A DNA stretch of 16,292 nucleotides from Candidatus Krumholzibacteriia bacterium (lineage in GTDB: Bacteria > Krumholzibacteriota > Krumholzibacteriia > WVZY01): NCBI GenBank assembly GCA_046754105.1, contig JBHHVD010000074.1, positions 1 to 16,292 of the forward strand, given 5' to 3'. A model generated the notes under the pieces. That model had not been told where the DNA came from, ran no database searches, and saw only the letters and a list, made by a program, of their open reading frames with translations. This document shows, in pieces, positions 7,174 to 15,035 of the stretch. How positions within the stretch are numbered: position 1 is the first letter of the stretch; each line of letters starts with the position of its first letter. Position numbers and translations under genes: made by a program.

Positions 7174-9234
7174 TTACGGTCGTCCTTGCAGCGTGTCACT
7201 CCTCAACACGGACCTGAGTTGTTCCAGCATGCCCCGTGCTCTCTCGTCCCCCGGCGCCAGCGTCAGGTATTTCTGCAAGGCGGCTGCGGCCTCCCGCACC
7301 TGCTGGTTGTGCACGTGCGCCATAGCGAGGTTCTTGTAGCTGTTGGCGTAGCCGGGGTCGACGTCTATGGCTTTCTTGAAGATCTCGATCGCGCGGTCGG
7401 GGTCGCCGGCCTCGGCCAACGTGGCGCCCAGGTTGTTGTACGCCTTCGTGTAGCCGGGGTCGATTTCTATGACCTTCTCGAAATACTCCGCCGCCTTGTC
7501 GTATTGCTTGAGCTGACGGCAGGTAATCCCGAGATTGTTGTAGGCCTGGGTCATCGCCGGATCGAGCTCGACGGCCTTGCGGTACGCCTCGGCGGCCGGC
7601 TCGTACATCTGCACCCTGCGTAGGGATTGTCCGAGATCGTACTGCACGGTGGGCAGAGCCGGGTCGATCTTCAAGGCCCTGGAATAATCACTGATCGCCT
7701 TGAAATCGTTGTTCCGGGTCTTGTATATGACAGCCCGCTGAATGTAGGACTCCGGATAGTCCGGATGAATCTCCACTGCCTTGTCCATTTCCTCTATCGC
7801 TTTCTGGTGTCTGTTCGTCTGGCTCAACCGGCGCGCCCGGTGTGTATGTTCTCTCCACTCGACGTCCCGCTCCGGCAGGGCAAACAGTCCCGGCCGCGTC
7901 GCCACGAGGATGACCGCGAAGAGGATGACGGGAACGAGGCTGCGCCGGATACCGGATACCGCGCGCGGCAGGACGAAAAGCAGGGCCTGCGCCGCGAAGA
8001 GGCACAGGGCCGGCGCCACCTGCGCCCGGTACCGGGCGGTAATGAAGAACAGGATCACGGATAGTGAAAAGGCGAGCACATACCCGTACAGGAGGAAGTA
8101 CTCCCGCCACTTGCGAAGCGAGTAGATCATCCCCATCAAGGCGAGGCTTACAATCATCCAGAAGCTGACGAACAAAAAGCGCAGCATCGGTTGGTGGCTG
8201 CGTGCCGCCAGGTAACTATCTATATGAGGCATCTCGTAGGCGCTGAAGAACATCGCCGTCTTACGAAGCAGCAATCGTATTTCCCGCCCGGGGTTGGTCC
8301 GCATGAAATCGAACGCCTCCCGGTACCAGTAGCGTGATACTTCCGCGTCGCTTACCTCCCTGCCGAGCCGCTTGCCGACGTACGTCCTGACGGCCCTGTC
8401 GCTGACGACGTTGACGCCCCGCGGGGGGTAAAAAACACCGGTCGCATGCTCGCTGTTGCCGATGTAGAAATTGACGCCCCCGTTCGACGTCACGGGCACA
8501 AAATCTCTCGTTGCGAGGTAGTTGTGGACCGTCGCCGGCAGGACGGTGACGGCCAGCGCCGCCACAAAGGCACCCGCCCTCGGCACGCGGCGTTTGCCCC
8601 CGGATCGATGGACGATCCACGCGAGCACCACCACCGCGAACAGGAGTATATTCGCCCGCGCCAGTACCGAGAGACCCAGCAAGAATCCAATCAGGACGTA
8701 TCTCCTGACGGGCGAGTCGTCGCGGGTACACACCAGCACGTACAACACGGCCATGTTTATGAGCGTCCCGAGCCACATCATGAGCAGCTGTCCCTCGTAG
8801 AACGTCATCGTGCCGTACAGCGTGAGCATGATCGCCGCGACCAGGGCGGCGGAGGGGCGAAACAACCGGCGCCCGACCAGGCATGTCAACACGACGGTGA
8901 GCGAACCGCCGATGATCTGCAGGATGCGGACGGCCATGATACTCTTTCCAAATATGCCGAAGATGACCGATAGAAAATACGGATAGAGCGGACCCATGTA
9001 GAACGCCTCGTCGCGGACGATCTTTCCGCCAAGAATCTCACCGGCGGTGCGGACGTAGTACTCCGAATCCATTATGGGCACGGTGACATGCAGGGAGTTC
9101 GCGCTCTGCAACACGTAGATGAACTTCAACAGGAAGCTCGCCACGAAAACAGCCACCAGCCAGCGCCGGTCAGCGGTGAGCCTGCCGTCGAGAGCGTCGA
9201 GAAAAACGGAAATCCGGTGTGCCGTGGATGCCAT
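7174..9234 (-). CDS. GT-C fold membrane glycosyltransferase (PMT_2/ArnT-like) with C-terminal TPR array (686 aa)
   Basis: Start moved to ATG 9234. First loop IMDSEYY, then MGPLYPYFL, LGLSVLARAN, TSNGGVNFYIGN and FFITARYR, with about 11-12 TM segments. The last ~230 aa are regular TPRs (AYNNLG...IEIDPGY repeated). Confidence 0.85.
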   Translation of the reverse strand: MASTAHRISVFLDALDGRLTADRRWLVAVFVASFLLKFIYVLQSANSLHVTVPIMDSEYYVRTAGEILGGKIVRDEAFYMGPLYPYFLSVIFGIFGKSIMAVRILQIIGGSLTVVLTCLVGRRLFRPSAALVAAIMLTLYGTMTFYEGQLLMMWLGTLINMAVLYVLVCTRDDSPVRRYVLIGFLLGLSVLARANILLFAVVVLAWIVHRSGGKRRVPRAGAFVAALAVTVLPATVHNYLATRDFVPVTSNGGVNFYIGNSEHATGVFYPPRGVNVVSDRAVRTYVGKRLGREVSDAEVSRYWYREAFDFMRTNPGREIRLLLRKTAMFFSAYEMPHIDSYLAARSHQPMLRFLFVSFWMIVSLALMGMIYSLRKWREYFLLYGYVLAFSLSVILFFITARYRAQVAPALCLFAAQALLFVLPRAVSGIRRSLVPVILFAVILVATRPGLFALPERDVEWREHTHRARRLSQTNRHQKAIEEMDKAVEIHPDYPESYIQRAVIYKTRNNDFKAISDYSRALKIDPALPTVQYDLGQSLRRVQMYEPAAEAYRKAVELDPAMTQAYNNLGITCRQLKQYDKAAEYFEKVIEIDPGYTKAYNNLGATLAEAGDPDRAIEIFKKAIDVDPGYANSYKNLAMAHVHNQQVREAAAALQKYLTLAPGDERARGMLEQLRSVLRSDTLQGRP

Positions 9235-9243
9235 AACAGATTG

Positions 9244-9273
9244 AAAGTAATTCAATGAAAACGCCGCCCGCAA
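9244..9273 (-). promoter_or_regulatory. Putative sigma70 promoter for the GT-C gene
   Basis: Minus strand TTGCGG (9273-9268), 18 bp, TACTTT (9249-9244), 9 nt before an ATG with no SD. Overlapped by the palindrome ATTGAA-N5-TTCAAT (9240-9256). Confidence 0.45.
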
Positions 9274-9282
9274 GGAAATCTC

Positions 9283-9311
9283 TTGACGAGAGACTCTACG
9301 CCCCATACGGT
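9283..9311 (+). promoter_or_regulatory. sigma70-type promoter for pyrE
   Basis: TTGACG (9283-9288), 17 bp, TACGGT (9306-9311). SD AAGGA at 9326-9330 precedes GTG 9338. Confidence 0.6.
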
Positions 9312-9337
9312 GGGCGAACAAACGCAAGGATAAAGCC

Positions 9338-9880
9338 GTGCCTTACCGCGATGAATTGCTCGAACTCCTGGCCGTTCGATCGCTGAAGAGAGGCGACTTC
9401 ACCCTCTCTTCAGGCCAGAAAAGCGACTACTATATCAACGGCAAGCTGACCACGCTGGACGCCCGGGGGGCGTATCTCGCGGCCCGGATATTTCTCGCCA
9501 TGCTGTCCGACGACGTGCCCGACGCAGTCGGCGGGCTGACGCTCGGCGCCGACCCCATCGTCGGTTCGCTCCTCGCCCTCGCAGGGATGGAGGACCTGCC
9601 GCTGAAAGGCTTCATCGTGCGCAAGACCGCAAAGGAGCACGGAACCCAGTCGCTCGTCGAAGGCCCGGTCGACCGGGGGGAGCGCGTCGTCGTTGTCGAG
9701 GACGTGGTGACCACGGGCGGAGCGTCTCTGCGGGCGGTGGAGGCGGTACGTGAGATTGGTTGCGAGATCTCCAGGGTGCTCGCCGTCGTGGATCGCGAGC
9801 AGGGCGGCAGGGAGAATCTGCGTGAGGCGGGGTGCCGCCTCGAGAGTATTTTTGCCGTATCGGAGCTGCTCGACGCGTGA
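9338..9880 (+). CDS. pyrE: Orotate phosphoribosyltransferase
   Basis: GDFTLSSGQKSDYYI, VGGLTLGADPI, FIVRKTAKEHGT flexible loop, PRPP-binding VVVVEDVVTTGGA, VVDREQGG. Confidence 0.97.
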   Translation: MPYRDELLELLAVRSLKRGDFTLSSGQKSDYYINGKLTTLDARGAYLAARIFLAMLSDDVPDAVGGLTLGADPIVGSLLALAGMEDLPLKGFIVRKTAKEHGTQSLVEGPVDRGERVVVVEDVVTTGGASLRAVEAVREIGCEISRVLAVVDREQGGRENLREAGCRLESIFAVSELLDA

Positions 9881-9887
9881 CGCAGGC

Positions 9888-11054
9888 TCAGTCGGTCATC
9901 TGTTCCTTGAACCTCGCCTGCAACCTTCCCAAAACCAGCCCCGACGTGATCATTACGTAGACGCCGAGGAGCGTCGCCACGATCCCTCCCGCGACGGGTA
10001 TCTTTACCAGTAACAGGTTAATCATGCCCCACAGGCAAAACATCAGGATGATGTATCCAACCGCGGCCATGTACTCCTTGTCCATCCTGCCGATCATCTT
10101 GAGCACCTGAAGCGGATTGAAGACGCGGGTAACCTTTACGATCGGGGAGGTCGCCAGGATCGTCACCGCGGGCAGGTACACCAGGCTGAGCGTCGTGGCG
10201 AGTACGATGGCGAACGGGCTGGTGCGGATCACGGTGAACGGATCGTGGTATATGCTGCCACCCGACGACACGACTATCTGCGCAATCACGAGAAACGGCA
10301 GGTACAATTCGGCAGCGACCACAAAACCGGCCAGTGCGGGTCTCCCCAGCGCCTCCCTGGATTCGGAGAGCAGATAGTGCCAGAGCGGAGGCCGGTCTTC
10401 CAGCATCGCTGACGAGCGCACGACCTGGGCGCCCCACAGGTAGAGTAACGCGACGCCGAGCGCATCCATCCCCGGAATCCACCATAATGCGCTGAGGACG
10501 ACGGTCGGAATCACCAGGTACAACGGGCCCCGGGAAAGCGGGTATGAAAACACCCGGTCAACGTGACCCCAAATGGCCGGCGGTTTGTAGAGATACCGCA
10601 GTTGGCTCCATTCGGAGGCAGGCAGGTTCTTCTTGGCTTCCTGGACGGCGCGAGGATGGTACGGATGACGGTTCAGCGCGTTTTGGTAGTGTTCCCTGCC
10701 GGCATCGACGTTCCCCATCGTGACTGCGATCTCGCCGGCATTGAGGAGTGCCACGAGCAGGCCCGGGGCCTGCTCGATCTGCTCGAGAGCGCGCTGGTAG
10801 GCATCAGCTATCCGTTCGGATGCCGCCTCGTCGTCGACCAGTTCCCCCTCCGCTTCCTGCAGTTGGCGAAAGAGGGGTGCCAGTTCGGTGTCGACGGCCC
10901 TTCGCCACTCGTTCTCGTCGGGCATGAAGATCAGGCTGTCCGGTGACAGCCGGCCCTCGCGGCACATCTCCTCTAGATTCGACCACTCCCATGGCTCTTC
11001 CTGAACGGCGCCCTCCTTGAAGAGGTAATAGAAGCTCTTGGTCTCGTTGGTCAT
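9888..11054 (-). CDS. GYF_2 (DUF4339)-like domain + TPR-like segment + multi-TM membrane protein (388 aa)
   Basis: Start moved to ATG 11054 with SD GAGGAG (11069-11064). N-terminus YYLFKEG...EPW...LEEMCREGRLSPDSLIFMPDENEWRRAVDTELAPLF fits the GYF_2 pattern. A TPR-like pair follows (AYQRALEQ...HYQNALNRHPYH), then about 6 TM helices starting after FSYPL. Confidence 0.75.
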   Translation of the reverse strand: MTNETKSFYYLFKEGAVQEEPWEWSNLEEMCREGRLSPDSLIFMPDENEWRRAVDTELAPLFRQLQEAEGELVDDEAASERIADAYQRALEQIEQAPGLLVALLNAGEIAVTMGNVDAGREHYQNALNRHPYHPRAVQEAKKNLPASEWSQLRYLYKPPAIWGHVDRVFSYPLSRGPLYLVIPTVVLSALWWIPGMDALGVALLYLWGAQVVRSSAMLEDRPPLWHYLLSESREALGRPALAGFVVAAELYLPFLVIAQIVVSSGGSIYHDPFTVIRTSPFAIVLATTLSLVYLPAVTILATSPIVKVTRVFNPLQVLKMIGRMDKEYMAAVGYIILMFCLWGMINLLLVKIPVAGGIVATLLGVYVMITSGLVLGRLQARFKEQMTD

Positions 11055-11093
11055 ACGCCCTGCTCCTCGGAATTGGGGACATTGCGCGAGCCA

Positions 11094-11110
11094 TGCAGAG
11101 GGCGTGCCAA
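11094..11110 (-). promoter_or_regulatory. sigma54 (RpoN) -24/-12 promoter
   Basis: Minus strand TTGGCACGCCCTCTGCA matches the TGGCACG-N4-TTGCW consensus with one mismatch and exact GG-N10-GC spacing. Predicted +1 near 11083, just ahead of the SD. Confidence 0.75.
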
Positions 11111-11148
11111 ATTGTCGACACACGGCAAAAAGATCCCGCGGGCAGGGT

Positions 11149-11182
11149 AAAAAGCGAGGACCGCCGCAAAGGGCGGTCCTCG
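11149..11182 (-). terminator. Rho-independent terminator of the M16 peptidase operon
   Basis: Perfect 11-bp stem CGAGGACCGCC (11155-11165) / GGCGGTCCTCG (11172-11182) with 6-nt loop, followed on the minus strand by CTTTTT. Confidence 0.8.
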
Positions 11183-11301
11183 GGTATTTCTCGCCGGGCT
11201 ATTCCGAGCCCGTCGCGGCCGCAATCCCGCGGGCGGCCGTTCGCGGGAACGAGCGGGGATCGCCCGATGCCCGATGCGGGTTCCGTCCGCGAAGACGGAG
11301 G

Positions 11302-13395
11302 CTAGTTGGCCAGGCTCTTGAGCTCGATGCTCATGCCCTGCGCTGGCACCTCCTGCTTGACCAGAATGTGCGGGGCGTCCTTGCCCACGTACAGGTACGC
11401 GTCGCCCGCGGCACGCTGGACCTTGACCTTGTAGGTGGCGAAGCTTCCCGCTGCCGTTTCCAGGTTGACCATCTCCATGACCTTCACGTTAACGGTCTGC
11501 AGACTCCCCGTCTGGCTGTCGATCACCGGAAAGCGGTACGTTTTGTCGACTGCCAGCGGCAGGCAACCAATCGCGTACTCCAGGGCACCGTCGATGATGG
11601 TACCGTCCACCAGGTCGAACGCCACCTCTTTGGGCTCCGGCGAATCTCCCCCCAGAACGGTCCCCGACACGGCGCCGGCGCTGAACGAGAACTCGGCCCC
11701 CATCGATTGGGGCCCGGCCTGCATCGTCGACTTGAACGCGATGGGAGACAGATCTTCCGCGCTGAATTCCATCGTCTGGTCCATAGAGATCATCCCGGCG
11801 ATGCTGGAAGAAACCCGGATGACGTCGCCGCTACCGGCGCCCTTCTTCTCCATGGAAACGTCCATCTCGCCGATCGCCATTTCCTGATACGTCAACGCGT
11901 AGGTTGCCTTCATGTTCTTGAGCATCGACGTGTCGTACTCGTAGTCTACCGGCTCGACCGCCATGGATTCGATCGACATCGGTTCACCGGCGATATCGAA
12001 GAGCTCCACGTCGGCGACGACGGCCACCTTGTCCTTGATCTCCATCGCATCACCCACCAGCACGATGTAGGCGTCATCCGGGTGCAGGTACTTGTCCATC
12101 ACCCGCGAGACGTCTTCGATGGTGACGGCCGCGAGACGATCGCGATATGATTCGAGATCTTCCTTGCCCAGGCCCAGAAGCTTGTATTGGGTAACCTGCG
12201 CGGCTATGCGATCGGGCGTTTCGATGGAAATGGGGAAATTGCCGATGAGATACGACTTCGCATTCTTCAACTCTTCCGCGGTAACGGGTTCCGATTTGAT
12301 GCGCTTGATCTCGGCGAGCAACTCCACCAGGGCGCTGTCCGTTACCTCGGTGCGAACCGGCGTGCGCGCGATGAACGTGCCGAAATCCCGCTCGCGGTCG
12401 AAGCGGCTGTTTACGCGGTAGGTCCAGCCTTTCTCCTCGCGGATATTGGCGAACAACCTCGCGTCCGAGCCGGCGCCCAGCACCCGGTTGCCGACGATCA
12501 TGGCCGGCCAGTCCGGGTTGCCTGCTTTGGGAGCCAGGTGTCCGACGAAGATTTCGGTCTGCACCGCGCCGGGCTTGTGGTACAGGTATACCTTGGTCGC
12601 TCCGGATTCGGGTGCCCCTTCATAGGTGACCGTTTGTGGTGTTCCGCGTTCCCAGTCCCCCAGATACTCCTTCATCGCCTTGCGGACGTCTTTCCACTTT
12701 ACGTCGCCGACGACCGCCACGGTGAGGTTGTTGGGAACGATGTTCTTATCGTAAAAAGCAACCACGTCATCGCGTGTAATGGACTCCACCGATTCGACGC
12801 TGGGCTGCTTGGCATACGGGTGATCGCCGTAGATGAGGTTTCTCAGGTGCCGGCGTGCCATGGCCTCCGGGCTGGACAGCTCGAATTCGAGCCCCGTCTT
12901 CGCCTGCTTCCTAAGCAGATCGAGCTCGACGTCGGGGAACACCGGGTTGCGCAGTACGTCCTGAAGGTACTCGTACGCGCGATCGAGATACTCGCTGAGG
13001 ATCGTGACCGTGATCGCGCTGTAGTCCTGCTGCGAAAACGAACCGACCGACCCTCCAACCGACTCTATCCACTCGGCCAGCTCCAGGGCGGTTCTGGTTT
13101 TCGTGCCCTTGTTGAGCTGGTCGACCGTGAACGATGCCAGCGATTCCTTGCCGGTGGGATCCACGGCCCCACCCGCCTTGATGATGACGTATATTGAGAC
13201 CACCGGTTGTTCCCGGTGCTCGACGACCAGGACTTCCATGCCGTTCTTCGTATCGAACTCCTTGAAGTCCGGGAACGACAGCTTCTTCATCTTGTCGGGT
13301 TTAGGCGGCGCCTCCTTGGCGTAGGGAGCGGCAGCGGCCATCATTACGGCCCCTGCCGCAATCCCCACCAGGATGCTCCTGATTCCCGTTTTCAT
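11302..13395 (-). CDS. Exported M16B peptidase, non-catalytic subunit, fused to a C-terminal beta-rich (DUF3108-like) domain (697 aa)
   Basis: Start moved to ATG 13395 with SD AGGAGG. Signal peptide present. M16 features: NGMEVLVVE, YGDHPY, ITRDDVVAFY...PNN...VVGD and the R/Y pair in IREEKGWTY. HxxEH is replaced by SFTVD. An extra ~200 aa contains ETAAGSFATYKVKV. Confidence 0.88.
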   Translation of the reverse strand: MKTGIRSILVGIAAGAVMMAAAAPYAKEAPPKPDKMKKLSFPDFKEFDTKNGMEVLVVEHREQPVVSIYVIIKAGGAVDPTGKESLASFTVDQLNKGTKTRTALELAEWIESVGGSVGSFSQQDYSAITVTILSEYLDRAYEYLQDVLRNPVFPDVELDLLRKQAKTGLEFELSSPEAMARRHLRNLIYGDHPYAKQPSVESVESITRDDVVAFYDKNIVPNNLTVAVVGDVKWKDVRKAMKEYLGDWERGTPQTVTYEGAPESGATKVYLYHKPGAVQTEIFVGHLAPKAGNPDWPAMIVGNRVLGAGSDARLFANIREEKGWTYRVNSRFDRERDFGTFIARTPVRTEVTDSALVELLAEIKRIKSEPVTAEELKNAKSYLIGNFPISIETPDRIAAQVTQYKLLGLGKEDLESYRDRLAAVTIEDVSRVMDKYLHPDDAYIVLVGDAMEIKDKVAVVADVELFDIAGEPMSIESMAVEPVDYEYDTSMLKNMKATYALTYQEMAIGEMDVSMEKKGAGSGDVIRVSSSIAGMISMDQTMEFSAEDLSPIAFKSTMQAGPQSMGAEFSFSAGAVSGTVLGGDSPEPKEVAFDLVDGTIIDGALEYAIGCLPLAVDKTYRFPVIDSQTGSLQTVNVKVMEMVNLETAAGSFATYKVKVQRAAGDAYLYVGKDAPHILVKQEVPAQGMSIELKSLAN

Positions 13396-13459
13396 ATCTT
13401 TTTTCCCTCCTGTGATGGGGGTACGCGGCGCGCCGGCACGATGCCGGGCGCCCAATAAG

Positions 13460-14797
13460 TTATCCCTTCGATGCCGGGTTCGCGATCACTACGGTGCGGT
13501 TCTCCCTGGTGAAATACTTGTTGGCGACGCGAATGATGTCTTCTCTGGTCACCGCCATGTATTTATCCAGATCCGTGTTGATCGCGTCGAGCTCGGGGTG
13601 ATAGTACGCGTAGTGCTGCAGGGCCTCCGCCTTGCTCATGCACGTTTCCCGGCCCTGAATGAACTCGGTCTTGAACTGGACCTTTGCCTTTTCGAGTTCG
13701 CTGCCGCCGATACCCTCCGCTTTGACTTTTTCGATCTCTTCGTAGAGCAGCTCCTCGCACCTGCCGATCTCCACGCCAACGTTGGAGGCGGCAATAAAAC
13801 GAAACGCACTCGGGCCCTTGCGCGAGTCTGAGCCGCCGAACACGACCACCGCCGCCGCTTCTTTCTTGACGAGCCGCTTGTACATGCGACTGGATTCGCC
13901 GTCGGTCAGGACCTTACCGAGAAGCTCAAGCGCAGGTGTATCCTGGTGCAGGTGCGTCGGCGTTATATAGTTGATAAAAATCGCGGGAACGTTGGCGTTC
14001 TTGTCATCGATCGTCACGCGGCGCTCGGCGGTGTGCGGCGGCTCGCTGCCCTTGATCGGCTCCACGGCACTCCCGCGTGGAATATCACCGAAGTGTTTCT
14101 CGACCAGTTTCATGGCCTTCTTCTTGTTGATGTCTCCCACCACGGTGAGAACGGCGTTGTTGGGGCTGTAGTAGAGGTCGAAGAACCTCTGCACGTCACC
14201 CACCTGCGCCGCTTCGAGATCCACCATCCTGCCGATTACCGTGTGGCTGTAGGGTTTGAAATCGAAAGCCAGCGTGTCGACGGTCAGAAACGCGGCGCCG
14301 TACGGCTGGTTGTCGATGCGCATCAGGCGTTCCTCTTTCACCGCGTTGCGCTGGTTCTCAAAGTTCTCTTTGGTGACCTTCAACGATCGCATTCTGTCTG
14401 CCTCGAGCCACAGTCCGAGGCTGAGCTGGTTGGCGGGCATCACTTCGAAATAGAGTGTGCGGTCTTCATTGGTAGTACCGTTTACATTGCCACCCGCCCG
14501 CTGCACGAAGTTGGAATGTTCGCGTTTCGCCACGTTCTCGGATCCCTGGAACATCATGTGCTCGAAGAGATGCGCAAAGCCGCTTCTCCCGTCCTCCTCG
14601 TAGGCACTGCCAACGTGGTACCAGACGTTGATCGCCACAATGGGCACCGAATGGTCTTCGGACAGGATGACGCGAAGGCCGTTGTCCAGCCTGTACTCAC
14701 TGTACTCGATATGTCCCGCTTTCTTTCCCGCGAACGCAACCATCGCGGAAAGGATCACCAGGGCGACGAGTACGCCCGATCCAATAAGTCTTTTCAT
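13460..14797 (-). CDS. Exported M16B zinc peptidase, catalytic subunit (445 aa)
   Basis: SD GGAGG and signal peptide. LDNGLRVIL, WYHVGS, inverted zinc motif GFAHLFEHMMFQGS, NGTTNEDRTLY, LEADRM, downstream ligand in VKEER, YYSPNNAVLTVVGD. Confidence 0.95.
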   Translation of the reverse strand: MKRLIGSGVLVALVILSAMVAFAGKKAGHIEYSEYRLDNGLRVILSEDHSVPIVAINVWYHVGSAYEEDGRSGFAHLFEHMMFQGSENVAKREHSNFVQRAGGNVNGTTNEDRTLYFEVMPANQLSLGLWLEADRMRSLKVTKENFENQRNAVKEERLMRIDNQPYGAAFLTVDTLAFDFKPYSHTVIGRMVDLEAAQVGDVQRFFDLYYSPNNAVLTVVGDINKKKAMKLVEKHFGDIPRGSAVEPIKGSEPPHTAERRVTIDDKNANVPAIFINYITPTHLHQDTPALELLGKVLTDGESSRMYKRLVKKEAAAVVVFGGSDSRKGPSAFRFIAASNVGVEIGRCEELLYEEIEKVKAEGIGGSELEKAKVQFKTEFIQGRETCMSKAEALQHYAYYHPELDAINTDLDKYMAVTREDIIRVANKYFTRENRTVVIANPASKG

Positions 14798-14911
14798 GAA
14801 GCCTCCAATGAGTGGGTATAGTGGTTGTGAACGAAAGCCCGCAGGACCCTGCCCGCCTGCATCCTTTTATAGACTACGAACTCTGTGGGGAAATGTTCTA
14901 AGGGCGTGCTA

Positions 14912-14940
14912 TTTATACGCCAAATCCCGACGCCTGTCAA
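14912..14940 (-). promoter_or_regulatory. Near-consensus sigma70 promoter for the M16 operon
   Basis: Minus strand TTGACA (14940-14935), 17 bp, TATAAA (14917-14912). Confidence 0.75.
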
Positions 14941-14997
14941 GGTGACGGTCCGTGGAGCAAGCCGGCCGCGCCGGGGAGCACCTTTTCTCCAAACCCC

Positions 14998-15026
14998 TTG
15001 AAAGAACACGACTTTTGAATTAAGCT
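14998..15026 (+). promoter_or_regulatory. Putative sigma70 promoter for the oxidoreductase gene
   Basis: TTGAAA (14998-15003), 17 bp, TAAGCT (15021-15026), 9 nt before ATG 15036. Confidence 0.55.
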
Positions 15027-15035
15027 CACGGAACT

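Noticed and set aside
7300..7700. Repeated DNA words in the GT-C 3' region (e.g. GTAGCCGGGGTCGA twice) as a CRISPR or tandem repeat
   Set aside because: The spacing of about 102 bp equals one 34-aa TPR unit. These are protein repeats, not repeat-spacer units.
11200..11300. GC-rich stems and a GCCCGAT tandem duplication as a REP/MITE or sRNA
   Set aside because: Single copy in the window, with no terminal inverted repeats or target duplication. Compatible with chance in a GC-rich 3' UTR.
11038..14821. Long plus-strand ORFs 11038-12150, 12187-13197 and 13946-14821
   Set aside because: Antisense to the M16 genes, with the H/R/V/D-rich composition expected of shadow frames and no motifs.
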